From Macrostomum lignano (taxonomy: Eukaryota): DNA of 64,000 nucleotides. The stretch is taken from positions 39,040-103,039 of the forward strand of contig NIVC01002019.1 of assembly GCA_002269645.1 (NCBI GenBank), in the 5' to 3' direction. Shown piece by piece: positions 1 to 12,249 of the stretch. Position 1 is the first letter of the stretch; each line of letters starts with the position of its first letter. Made by a program: the position numbers and the translations under genes. Below the pieces are notes generated by a model that saw only the letters and a program-made list of their open reading frames with translations, was not told where the DNA came from and ran no database searches.

Positions 1-3000
1 TGCAGTATTGAGATCGAGCTTCTGCAGTGCCGTCAGACTCTGCACCATCGTGTCAATGCGCTGCCTGTATTGGTTAATTTATGAAAATAGCTTTGAATGA
101 AGACTAGGGAGAAACAAAATGGATTCAATGTTTAGCAACTGAAGGTCTAGCAACCTTGAATTCAAACCACATGGAAGTCAAGCCATCTGAAAGTCAAGTT
201 ACCTGGAAGTCAAGTTACCTGGAAGTCAAGTTACCTGGAATTCAAGTCGCCTAAAATCAAGTCACCTGGAAGTCAAGTCACCTGGAAGTCAAGTTACCTG
301 GAAGTCAAGTTACCTGGAAGTCAAGTCACCTGGAAGTCAAGTTACCCGGAAGTCAAGTTACCTGGAATTCAAGTCGCCTAAAATCAAGTCACCTGGAAGT
401 CAAGTCACCTGGAAGTCAAGTTACCTGGAAGTCAAGTTACCTGGAAGTCAAGTTACCTGGAAGTCAAGTCACCTGGAAGTCAAGTTACCTGGAAGTCAAG
501 TTACCTGGAAGTGAAGTTACCTGGAAGTGAAGTTACCTGGAAGTGAAGTTACCTGAAATCAAGTTAACTGGAATTCAAGTTACCTGGAAGTCAAGTTACC
601 TGTAGGTCAAGTCACTTGGAAGTCAAGTCATCTGGAAGTCAAGTTACCTGGAAGTCAAGTCACCTGGAAGTCAAGTCACCTGGAAGTCAAGTTACCTGGA
701 AGTCAAGTCACCTGGAAGTCAAGTTACCTGGAATTCAAGTCGCCTAAAATCAAGTCACCTGGAAGTCAAGTCACCTGGAAGTCAAGTTACCTGGAAGTCA
801 AGTTACCTGTAGGTCAAGTCACTTGGAAGTCAAGTCATCTGGAAGTCAAGTTACCTGGAAGTCAAGTCACCTGGAAGTCAAGTTACCTGGAAGTCAAGTC
901 ACCTGGAAGTCAAGTTACCTGGAAGTAGTGTTACCCGGAAGTTAAGTTACCTGGAAGTGAAGTTACCTGGAAGTGAAGTTACCTGAAATCAAGTTACCTG
1001 GAAGTCAAGTTACCTGTAGGTCAAGTCACTTGGAAGTCAAGTCATCTGGAAGTCAAGTTACCTGGAAGTCAAATCGCCTGAAATCAAGTCACCTGGAAAT
1101 CAAGCTATCTGGAAGTCAAGTCATCTGGAAGTCAATCTATCTGGAAGTCAAGTCATTTGGAAGTCAAGTCATCTGGAAATCAAGTCACCTGAAAGTCAAG
1201 TCACATGGTACTGAGTCACCTGGACGTTAACTCTCCTGAAGTCAAGCCATCTGGAGGTCAAGCTACCCTGTAACTGTTTCAGGTTCGCAATCGCAACTCT
1301 GATATCCTGAAGGTTATTGAAAAGCTCACAGATGCCATAAACTTGCCTAGAAAACATAAAAACAACAGCGGGCATGCCCTGCCGCTCTTTTAACATGCTA
1401 ATAACAGATAGCCACACGTTGCGCTCTGTTTTCGGATCCAAATGACCGCTAGGCCAGGCGCCCCATTTGGCGCCACCTCCGCCGGCGCCTCCGCTTGATT
1501 CGCGCTGTTTCTTAGCTAGCACAGCCGCCTCGTAGCCGCCAGTTCGTTGAAATTTACTTCTGGAATCAATGAATAGAAATAGCTCCTTGCTAGTGGCCGA
1601 GCTGTTGCCCGTGTACAGGTAGTGCTCAAGGGGAACCGGCCGCTTGCTTGTGCTAATCACGTAGATGTTGCGGCGCTTGATGGAGCCAACCCAGTTAGCA
1701 AACTGCTCTGTGTTGGGCACCGTAGCGCTGAGCAAAATGATGGCCACGTGCTTAGGCAGCAGGATGAGCACCTCCTCCCACACTACGCCTCGTTCAGCGT
1801 CGTTTACGTAATGCACCTCGTCAAATATGACCCATTCTAATTCGCGAAGGATGTCGCTGCCGCCGTACAGCATTGAGCGCAGAATCTCCGTGGTCATGAT
1901 GAGGCAGGACGCGTTCTGATTCACCTGTTGTTTAAGTAAAGTTTAAAATGGATTGCTAATCTAGCGTACACAGATGAAGAAATAGAATGGATTGCTAATC
2001 TAGCGTACAGGGATGAAGGAATAGAATGGATTGCTAATATAGCCTACACAGATGAAGGAATAGAATGAATTGCTAATCTAGCCTACACAGATGAAGGAAT
2101 AGAATGGATTGCTAATCTAGCCTACACAGATGAAGGAATAGAATGGATTGCTAATCTAGCCTACACAGATGAAGGAATAGAATGGATTGCTAATCTAGCG
2201 TACAGGGATGAAGGAATAGAATGAATTGCTAATATAGCCTACACAGATGAAGGAATAGAATGGATTGCTAATCTAGCCTACACAGATGAAGGAATAGAAT
2301 GGATTGCTAATCTAGCCTACACAGATGAAGGAATAGAATGGATTGCTAATCTAGCGTACAGGGATGAAGGAATAGAATGAATTGCTAATATAGCCTACAC
2401 AGATGAAGGAATAGAATGGATTGCTAATCTAGCCTACACAGATGAAGGAATAGAATGGATTGCTAATCTAGCCTACACAGATGAAGGAACAGAATGGTTT
2501 GCTAATCTAGCATACAGGGATGAAGGAATAGAATGGATTGCTAATCTAGCGTACAGGGATGAAGGAATAGAATGGATTGCTAATATAGCCTACACAGATG
2601 AAGGAATAGAATGAATTGCTAATATAGCCTACACAGATGAAGGAATAGAATGGATTGCTAATCTAGCGTACAGGGATGAAGGAATAGAATGGATTGCTAA
2701 TATAGCCTACACAGATGAAGGAATAGAATGAATTGCTAATATAGCCTACACAGATGAAGGAATAGAATGGATTGCTAATCTAGCCTACACAGATGAAGGA
2801 ATAGAATGGTTTGCTAATCTAGCGTACAGGGATGAAGGAATAGAATGGATTGCTAATCTAGCGTACAGGGATGAAGGAATAGAATGGTTTGCTAATCTAG
2901 CCTACACAGATGAAGGAATAGAATAAATTGCTAATCTAGCCAGAAAACAGAATGGTTAGCTACATAAAACTAAATCATGCCATAAGAAGCAAAAGGTTAA

Positions 3001-6000
3001 ACTTTTTCGGCCAACCTGCACATCGCCGGTAATCAGGCCAACATTCTCAGTTGTGAAACACTTCCGAAAGTCGTGAAACTTCTGATTGGACAGCGCCTTA
3101 ATAGGCGATGTGTAAATAACTCGGGTCTGGCGGCGCAGCGATTGCGCTATGGCGTACTCAGCCACCACTGTTTTGCCCGCCGAGGTGTGCGCGGCCACGA
3201 ATATATCGTGGTGCTGCTCCAGGTGGCAAACCGCGTGCTGCTGAAACGGATCCAATGTGAAACTCCAGGTGTGCGCGGGATCCGGCACAAGAGCGGACAT
3301 GTTGGCCACCGGCTGGCTCGAGTCGATGGCCACAGCCCATTCGAACTGGAGAATAAGGGGTGGAGCAAAGATAACAAGATTAGCAACCCATTCTCAAATT
3401 TCAAAAATGTCACTCGCTAGATTAGCAACCCATTCTCAACCATCAACAATGTCACTCGCTAGATTAGCAATCCATTCTTAAATGTCAAAAATGTCACTCG
3501 CTAGATTAGCAATCCATTCTTAAATGTCAAAAATGTCACTCGCTAGATTAGCAACCCATTCTCAAATGTCAAAAATGTCACTCGCTAGATTAGCAACCCA
3601 TTCTCAACCATCAACAATGTCACTCGCTAGATTAGCAATCCATTCTTAAATGTCAAAAATGTCACTCGCTAGATTAGCAACCCATTCTCAAATGTCAAAA
3701 ATGTCACTCGCTAGATTAGCAACCCATTCTCAACCATCAACAATGTCACTCGCTAGATTAGCAATCCATTCTTAAATGTCAAAAATGTCACTCGCTAGAT
3801 TAGCAACCCATTCTCAACCATCAACAATGTCACTCGCTAGATTAGCAACCCATTCTCAACCATCAACAATGTCACTCGCTAGATTAGCAACCCATTCTCA
3901 ACCATCAACAATGTCACTCGCTAGATTAGCAACCCATTCTCAACCATCAACAATGTCACTCGCTAGATTAGCAACCCATTCTCAACCATCAACAATGTCA
4001 CTCGCTAGATTAGCAACCCATTCTCACCCCTCAACAATGTCACTCGCTAGATTAGCAAACCATTGTCAACACTTAACACGTACTCTGATAGCTCGTACTT
4101 GTATAAATCAGTAAATATCAAAAATCTATTAAACCAAAATCAAGCAGGCTGGATCACCTTCGGCTGGTGCGCAGAGTCGGCCATCTGCCGCAGCTGGCTG
4201 AGCCGACTGCTACCTCCGGCGCCGCTTGCCGACGCCATTGGCAGCCTGCCATCCGGGGTGGAAGTGGATACATGGAGCATAGAGGCGGCCCTTTGATCAG
4301 CGGCTGACGTATGTCGGCTCCGCACGCTCGGCACCGAGTCGGGCAGTTCTGCCAGCGCTTCGGCGACTGCTACGGCGCCGCTGCTGACTTGGCGCTCGAA
4401 TCCGCTGCTGATAAATTTCAATTATGCGGCAAATATAGGAAACTTAAGAATTTGGGTGTGAAACTGGCTGGAGATCTGGGAGGGTGGATCTTTAATAGGA
4501 TGATCTGAGGATTTGGGAAGGCGGCGATCCAATCTGAGGATTTGAGAAGGCATTCAATCTGAGGATTTGGGAAGGCATTCAATCTGAGGATTTGAGAAGG
4601 CATTCAATCTGAGGATTTGGGAAGGCATTCAATCTGAGGATTTGGGAAGGCATTCAATCTGAGGATTTGGGAAGGCATTCAATCTGAGAATTTGGGAAGG
4701 CATTCAATCTGAGGATTTGGGAAGGCATTCAATCTGAGGATTTGGGAAGGCATTTAATCTGAGGATTTGGGAAGGCGGCGATTCAATCTGAGGATTTGGG
4801 AAGGCGGCGATTCAATCTGAGGATTTGGGAAGGCGGCGATTCAATCTGAGGATTTGGGAAGGCATTCAATCTGAGGATTTGGGAAGGCATTTAATCTGAG
4901 GATTTGGGAAGGCGGCGATTCAATCTGAGGATTTGGGAAGGCGGTGATTCAATCTGAAAATTTGGGAAGGCGGTGATTCAATCTGAGGATTTGGGAAGGC
5001 ATTCAATCTGAGGATTTGAGAGGGCATTCAATCTGAGGATTTGGGAAGGCGGTGATTCAATCTGAGGATTTGAGAGGGCATTCAATCTGAGGATTTGGGA
5101 AGGCGGTGATTCAATCTGAGGATTTGGGAAGGCATTCAATCTGAGGATTTGGGAAGGCGGTGATTCAATCTGAGGATTTGGGAAGGCATTTAATCTGTGG
5201 ATTTGGGAAGGCGGTGATTCAATCTGAGGATTTGGGAAGGCGGCGATTCAATCTGAGGATTTGGGAAGGCATTCAATCTGTGGATTTGGGAAGGCATTCA
5301 ATCTGAGGATTTGGGAAGGCATTCAATCTGTGGATTTGGGAAGGCAGCGATTCAATCTGAGGATTTGGGAAGGCATTCAATCTGAGGATTTGAGAGGGCA
5401 TTCAATCTGAGGATTTGGGAAGGCGGTGATTCAATCTCACGACAATCTGAGGATTTGAGAAGGCGGCGATTCAATCTGGGATCTGGAAAGGTAAAAGATT
5501 ACTGTTAAGGAATTGGTTGTTAGAAGATAAAGAGAAAATGCGAACCCAGGAAGGCTGTCCTCGCCCTGAAGCGACAAATCCAGAGACAAGTCCAGCCCTG
5601 GCGGCTGGATCAGGAATTGCGAGCTATCAGTCGGTAGCACCGACCAGGAGTCGTCAGACGCTGTCCCGGCCGTCGCAGCGGGTTCGGGCGCGGCTTCATC
5701 CGGTCGGAACGGCACGGAGCCGACCGACGGCTCGGAGACGCCGGCTCCGGCGCCGCCGCCAGGCCGATTGTACATTCGCTGCATCGACTGCGGATGCGGC
5801 GACTGAGCTTCGCGTTCCTCTAGTCCGGCCAGGCGGCCGCTGCGAAGGTCCCGACGGACGAACAGCTCAGAGCCGCCTTCGCCCGGGGCCGGCTGACAGA
5901 GCAGCAGGGTGGAACTGGCCGACTCGCGCCATTCGAAGGCCAGATGAGGCGCCGGACTGTCGCATTCGTACAGGCCGGGCAGGTGGCGAAACGGCGAGTC

Positions 6001-6063
6001 CAGCAGACGGACTGAGTCGGCGTACTGGCGCAATTTGACCGCCTCGGCGGCGGGAGAGGACAT
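1..6063 (-). CDS. SKIV2L: Ski2-like DExH RNA helicase (SKI complex), 5' part; gene continues beyond the left edge
   Basis: Exons 6063-5546, 4407-4158, 3345-3016, 1924-1347 and 64-1 join in frame. Motifs: N-terminal Ski2-like segments ([21 protein letters not shown]), [68 protein letters not shown]. The last intron seen (1346-65) has a GC donor, AG|GCAAGT. Confidence 0.95.
171..1260. repeat. 16-bp minisatellite (ACCTGGAAGTCAAGTT), SKIV2L intron 4
   Basis: Directly visible tandem array, roughly 60-70 units. Confidence 0.95.
1945..2940. repeat. 39-bp minisatellite (GATGAAGGAATAGAATGGATTGCTAATCTAGCCTACACA), SKIV2L intron 3
   Basis: Directly visible tandem array. Confidence 0.95.
3370..4065. repeat. 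42-bp minisatellite (ATGTCACTCGCTAGATTAGCAACCCATTCTCAACCATCAACA), SKIV2L intron 2
   Basis: Directly visible; produces the [14 protein letters not shown] pseudo-ORF. Confidence 0.95.
4500..5470. repeat. 25/28-bp minisatellite (GGATTTGGGAAGGCATTCAATCTGA), SKIV2L intron 1
   Basis: Directly visible tandem array. Confidence 0.95.
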
Positions 6064-6510
6064 GCTGACTGCTGACTATATGTATAGCTATTGGACAGAT
6101 AGCAAACCAATGAGATTTAGTTGACTCTGGAATGCCAGCCAATATATTGGAGCTCAAACTGGATATCTATTGATATATAACACACTGGAACAAACCTGCA
6201 CAGAGATAAGTTCAAAGCCGCAACACAAAAATATTTTAACTGTATGCTTTAAACATAGGATTAGGAACTTATTAAACAGAGCGCAATAGGATAAATGTAT
6301 TTGAAAAATTGCAATTGTTCAAAGCAATGCTGGACAAATTCAAATGCCGGTATTGTAGTAGTCAAGTATAAAATAAAATGCATATTACAATAGAAGAACA
6401 TAAAAACAAACTAGATTTTTTTACATTCAAACTCATCCTAGATGTGCTTTTGGGGTCATTTTCAAGCTTAGTCAAGAGCAGAATCTGTTTGTACTTTCTC
6501 AACAAAGTTC

Positions 6511-7128
6511 TCAACGTTCGCCCAGCAGATCGGCCCAGTCACCGCGCGGTCGCATCAGGCGCCAGAGTGCCTCCCTAGCGGCGCTGCCGTCTCTGTCTCC
6601 GTTAGCGTCCAAGCAGAACGGCACGTCGCCAGCGCTGCCGGTCCGTCCGAGAAGGCGGCCGCGCCACTTGCCACCGGTCTCGTCGCCAGATTCCGCATTG
6701 TTATCGTCGAATCGCACGCCAGTTGCTGCCTCGAACAGGAGCACCTTCTGCTGCAGCTTGTCGACTCGGTGGCGCCGCTCAGCCCGGCGCCGGTCCAGCT
6801 CAGCCTGGGCCGCTTCAATCGCGGCGCGCGCCTCCAGCTCTTTGGCCTCCAGTTTTTCTGCCGCCAAGCGCAGATCCCGAGATGTCGCCTCAGCCGCCCA
6901 GCGCTTGTCAGTCTCGGCGGCGCGCTGCTCCTCCAGCGATTGGCCAGTGGAAGCCAGCAGCTCGGCCACTTTGCAGCAGACGGCCAGCTCCTCGTCCAGG
7001 CGCTTGCGCTGACGCTCGTGAACCTTGTCGCTGAGCAGCGCGGGCGGCGCCGCAGGCTGCTGCTGGAGAGACGACTCTAGAGAAGCTACAAATGCCTCGA
7101 CATCTTTTACAAGTTGCAGCTCCGACAT
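6511..7128 (-). CDS. SPC24: Single-exon 205-aa protein, probable Spc24 subunit of the Ndc80 kinetochore complex
   Basis: ATG at 7128 and GC-rich coding bias. A long N-terminal coiled coil is followed by LFEAATGVRFD...VPFCLD...REALWRLM, which from memory resembles the Spc24 RWD-like C-terminus (LY..vS.I.WD...PI.LD...dyLW.Lv). Size also fits. No database search was run. Confidence 0.55.
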   Translation of the reverse strand: MSELQLVKDVEAFVASLESSLQQQPAAPPALLSDKVHERQRKRLDEELAVCCKVAELLASTGQSLEEQRAAETDKRWAAEATSRDLRLAAEKLEAKELEARAAIEAAQAELDRRRAERRHRVDKLQQKVLLFEAATGVRFDDNNAESGDETGGKWRGRLLGRTGSAGDVPFCLDANGDRDGSAAREALWRLMRPRGDWADLLGER

Positions 7129-9034
7129 CAGCAACAATTGATGGCGTGAAGATTATTAGCTTGAAAAGCAAATTCTTGCAGCTAAAATGCATATCAGCAC
7201 CTTTACCTCCTATTGGAATAAGTGTAGAAATTTAGTGGATGCCATTGTGTACAAATGTAGAGAATTAATACATGCATGCTACTAGCATATCTGGCTAGGT
7301 GAATATAAATTTTGCATCTATATTTATATATGTCATTTTAACATCTTGCTAACTCTCAATTCAAAATCAATATTGTCATTATGATTAGTATTATTATATT
7401 ATTATTATATATTGAATTTTGGATTTTGCAAGTCTCATTTGCCTTGATCTTAGGGTCAGGATAGGGTCATTCAGTCATTCTAAATGAAACCGGCAGATAA
7501 ACAAATATTTAAAATTAGGCTAACCCTTTTGATGACAAAAACGTTTTAACAAAGTACTCGAAAACTATTCAGTATTCAGTAGTTTATTTGGAAGATTTTG
7601 CAGTTTTTGCAAAGGACAGTTTTTGCAAGCAACTTTTTTAGAATAAAAAATGAACACATAATTAGATATATATTGACATATTATATAGTCATATGGGTAT
7701 GACAATATGTAACAAACACTTAAAACAAAACATACAAGAGTAGATCTTTAATTAAAATTAAAAATATAAAACTATATATAGCATGCTAATAAACTATATA
7801 TAAATACCAGATGCAAAAAGACCTCTGGGTCCTTAAACATAATCATTTTTAAAGGTTTTCTATTCCAATAAGCTTCCATGGAGATAATCTGAAAATTATT
7901 GATGTGGATCTATATGAATAAAATTGAAATTATAGACATAGCCTACAGACTTGAATAGGCCTAGTAGTAGCTATTTCAATAAATTGCCATTGGGATAAGC
8001 TAAAAATTGTGAACATAGATCTATATGAATAAAAAACTAGAATTATTGACATGGCCTATAGACTTGAATGGTGTAGCTATTTCAATAAGCTGCTATGGGG
8101 ATAAGCTAGAAATTATTAACATGGATACATGTGAATAAAATTAGAATTATTAATTGACATGGGACAATGGGGATAAGCATTTCCTTAAAAACATATAAAA
8201 ATATTTAATCTTCTTTCTTTTTACTTATTTAGCAATAATTCAATAGTAGAAATAAACCTTAAAGATTTCAAAATCTCTTGTGTGCATTATATTAGGCCTA
8301 TTATTAGTCATATTTAGCCATAACTAAATGACTAATAACCAAAGCAAAAGATTTACTAAAAAAATTATAAAATACTTATAGAACTCTAAATAAAGCTATA
8401 GGCCTAGTCTTAGTAGGAGTAAAAACCTTCCTAATGATGTTTATGTCTTTTAAATATTCCATTCATAGGCCTAACAAATTGTTTTAAATGTCCTATTGGA
8501 ATGAATTTGAAAAAATCTATAGGCCCTAGACATGCAACATAGGCCACAAAATGGCCTAAAAGTCTAATATAGGCCTAGGCCCTACCCTACAAATTATAAT
8601 ATAAAAACATTAAAACACAACACAATATAAAAAGTGCAACATGAACACAAATGATAATATAATGGTACCAACTAGGCCTAAACTGTGGAAACAGATGCAT
8701 ATATGGAACAGATTTTTGCATACTAAAATGCAGATGCGGATGTGGATTACTACGCCTATTTTATGGAATCAATGCAGATATAAATAGCAGATGCAGTTCT
8801 GTCTTGTCAAATTCAAAACACTGATTTATAGTCCTTGATTTTAACACGCTTATGCGGCCATTATTTTATATTTAGAAATTTTCACAAGATTTTAAGAAAG
8901 CCGTTACTAGGCCTACATGTAATTTGCTTTAACTTGTCTTTAGCTATGAAAAGATGTGTTGCGTTGCCGAATTTGCTTTTGCCGAATTTGTTGGTGTTAA
9001 ATTTCTGTTGGCGAATTTGTGTGCATCCAGCCTA

Positions 9035-9434
9035 TAATGGGCGATCCAAAAAATGGACAAACTTTGTAGTGAAACTATGCCAAGGCAATACAGTGAATCT
9101 TTACAGGCTCGCAGCAAGTGAATACTGACACCTGTAAGATTTTTTCTGCCAACTTTGGAATGGATATCTTTATCCAGTTTCCTAAAATAGCCATTCTAAA
9201 TTTAGCCAACAGTCACTTTAACTTGAAGCCATAGACAGTAGATGTGTAATTGTAGAAACAACCAAAGACACTTTCAACTTAAAGCCAAAGACTATTTGGA
9301 ATATTCATTCCAAAGTTGGCAGAAAAAATCTTACAGGTGTCAGGATTCACCTGCTGCGAGCCTGTAAAGATTCACTGTATTGCCTTGGCACAGTTTCACT
9401 ACAAAGTTTGTCCATTTTTTTGGATCACCCGTTA
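9035..9434. mobile_element. Fold-back MITE, Tc1/mariner-like
   Basis: Inverted arms of about 135 bp (9035-9168 and 9301-9434), beginning TAATGGGCGATCCAAAAAATGG and ending CCATTTTTTGGATCACCCGTTA, flanked by TA on both sides. Confidence 0.8.
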
Positions 9435-9765
9435 TACTATAGTTCGGATGGTGCAGCATGGTACGCCTAAAAATGCCAAAAATGCCACTTTTACATCGAA
9501 AAAATTGCGATAAAAGGCTAGGCCTAAAGGCTTGTACGGATAGTATAGAACAAAATGCCAGTCAAATAAAATATCAAAGAAACCCTTTTTTAATTTTTTA
9601 AAAACTTTAAAAACAAAAAACTTTTGTATCACATTTTAGATAAAGCAAAAACATTGTTACCAGCAATTTTTCGATTATAAAACAATTTTTCAAATTTTAT
9701 ATATCTTAAAAGTGACTTTTAAAATTGTAAATAAAAATGAAATATTTTGAAACTCTTCTTCTTGG

Positions 9766-10024
9766 GGTCTTTTCATATTGCTTGTTCTGGTTTCAGAACC
9801 AGAACCAATTTGTGAAGTATAACTTTTTGTCTTCATAACTAGAGGGAGATACGTGCTATAAAGTTTTTATTATTGAATGACAATCGCCAAGAAAAAAGTG
9901 AAAAATTGTGCTTAGTTAGGTTGTTAAGGCAGTCAAATATTAACAGAGTTTAATAGTTATACTGCTGTTTTTTCTTGGAATTCCGAACCGATTCTGGTTC
10001 TGGAATTGGTAATATGAAAAGGCC
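9766..10024. mobile_element. Degenerate MITE (PIF/Harbinger-like termini)
   Basis: GGTCTTTTCATATT at 9766 and AATATGAAAAGGCC ending at 10024, plus subterminal inverted CAGAACCAGAA motifs. No clear TSD. Confidence 0.45.
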
Positions 10025-12249
10025 ATTGAATTGCATTGTCGTCGTCATCAGATTATTGTCGTGCCACTGTTTCATGGCTTGTTTTTATCTTTGCCACAAG
10101 ACACAGTCTTGCCACATGATTTGCAAGTGGTAGTCAGAAAGTCTTGGGAAATTGTAAAATAGTCCCTAATTGCTGCACCTATCTGAGATGCCATTTTGCA
10201 CCACAAATCACAATATATGACAATATACTAAATTAGGTTTCTATTTCAAAATTTCAATTAGGATTTTGCAACTGGTACTAATAGGTATTAGGAAAGCCAG
10301 ATGGTATTTCATAAGGAAACTATTAACTTTTTTATATGAGCCTATTATATTGCTTTCTGGCTTATAGTTTTCAATCAATATAAAGCTATGCATAAGACTA
10401 GGCTATTTGGTATTTGGGGGTTGCCAACTTGGGGGTTTGGAGTCAAATAATGAAAGGAAAGAGTGATAAGTAGAGCCCACAAGTTTAGATGACAAGGCAA
10501 ACCCATAAAACTCCATTGCAAAAGAGAAAGAAAGAGAGAAGGGGTTTAAAGTGGCAAACATTGAGGGACTGGGGGAAAGAAGAGGGGTTGGTTAAAGTGA
10601 CAAACATAGAAGGAAGGGGGAGGAGTTGAATGGGGGCATATTTAGATTTGCCTCTTGGTTTTTTATATTAAGTTTATGGGCTTATTATCAATTTGTATAG
10701 ATTCACTAATTGTTACTTTGGTATGTCTAGTATCTTGTCCATGCCCTAGCAGTGCCTAGTCTAGACTCTAGTAGGCCTATTAACGTGATAAATCTCTGAC
10801 CCACCTTCCAAGTTGTTACTTTCTTACCCTGTTTTGACTAAGTCACTGTAGATTGCAATGATTGCATTTAATTCAAGCATTCATCTAACCCAATAATGCA
10901 ATTAGGATATAGGCCTACCCAAACCTTTTATAGAAAGTGCAACATTTGGGGGTTGCCGGTTGCCAACTTGGACTAGCAAGTTGGACTGCCATTAGCATAG
11001 CAAATGGTTCTAACAAATATTTATAATAAAATGAGCCTAAAATTTTGGGTATCAATGCATCAAAAACTATAATACTCAAAATTGAAACTATAGGCCTACC
11101 TGAGAATTTGCAATGAAAATGTCCAAAATGTTAGGTACTCAAAATTCTAGCCAAAAATTTAGGCAAAATCTCTAATCTCTAGATACTTATTTTATTTTAT
11201 GCATGTTGCTTCTATTATGTTTGCTATGACTCTTCTTTATATCTGACATGCCTGATGTCTGATGCTTCTTTTAGTCTGACATGGCACTTCTTTTGATATG
11301 TTTTATAATGTTTTTTTATTTTTGACATAATGTTACTTTTATTTTTTACTAGAGGTTGGACAAATACCTTTATTTACACATGCATGAAATTTTGTGATTT
11401 TATTTTTGTCAGACATGATGCACTAAGTTACATTATTGAATAAATTGCTTATTGGGCTAGAATTCTACTTTTTGGCTGTCTAAAATTGTTAAAAAAGGGG
11501 TTTAGCATATATAAGGCCAGATAGATAAACAGATAGCCTTAACTCAGATCTTAGAGATTTAGTACCTTGTGAATAGGTCTTATAGTTACTAATTGAGTTC
11601 TTAAATATCTTTAAAATATCTTAAAATTTTTGAATAAATATTTTTGTTTTATCCTAATTTTTTATCTCAAATGAAAAATATTTTATTAGCAAATTCTTGC
11701 CTGATTTATTTTTATTTCTACTAATTTTTATTGTTTACCATGTTGTTAATATTGAAGAACTAACTATTCCTATATATTAAAAATGAGTTTTCTCTATGTC
11801 TTTAGGTATGTTATAGGTTTAGGGATTCCAAAATCCCAACAATTTACAATCCCAGGATTGAGAAATCCTGAAATCTTGATAGTTTAAAATCCTGGATCAA
11901 TAATCCCAGAAAATCCCAACTGAGAATAATCCTGGGATCCCACTTCAAAGTTCAAAAAAATCCTGGGATCCCAATATCAAATGTATTGAAACATCTGCAT
12001 CCAGCTTCCACCACAACCACAAAGTAAGTAAAATAGTTAAAATTTTACTTATTAGTTTTAAAGCGTGAATTAATAAAAGATTAAAGGATTAAAGTAAATC
12101 AAGCATGATTTATTTATCAACCCTACAATATCTTACAGAATCCTTAGAATGAAGAATCATTAGATCATTCTGTATCTTTCTGTATATTTCAGTATCATTT
12201 GTTAATGACTCGTATTCTGTTGTAGCAGTTCAGAAATTTATCATTTCAG

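Noticed and set aside
7200-11800. AT-rich intergenic block with recurrent TAGGCCTA motifs and short ORFs
   Set aside because: No coding signal. It is most likely decayed transposon DNA, and nothing beyond the two MITEs could be delimited.
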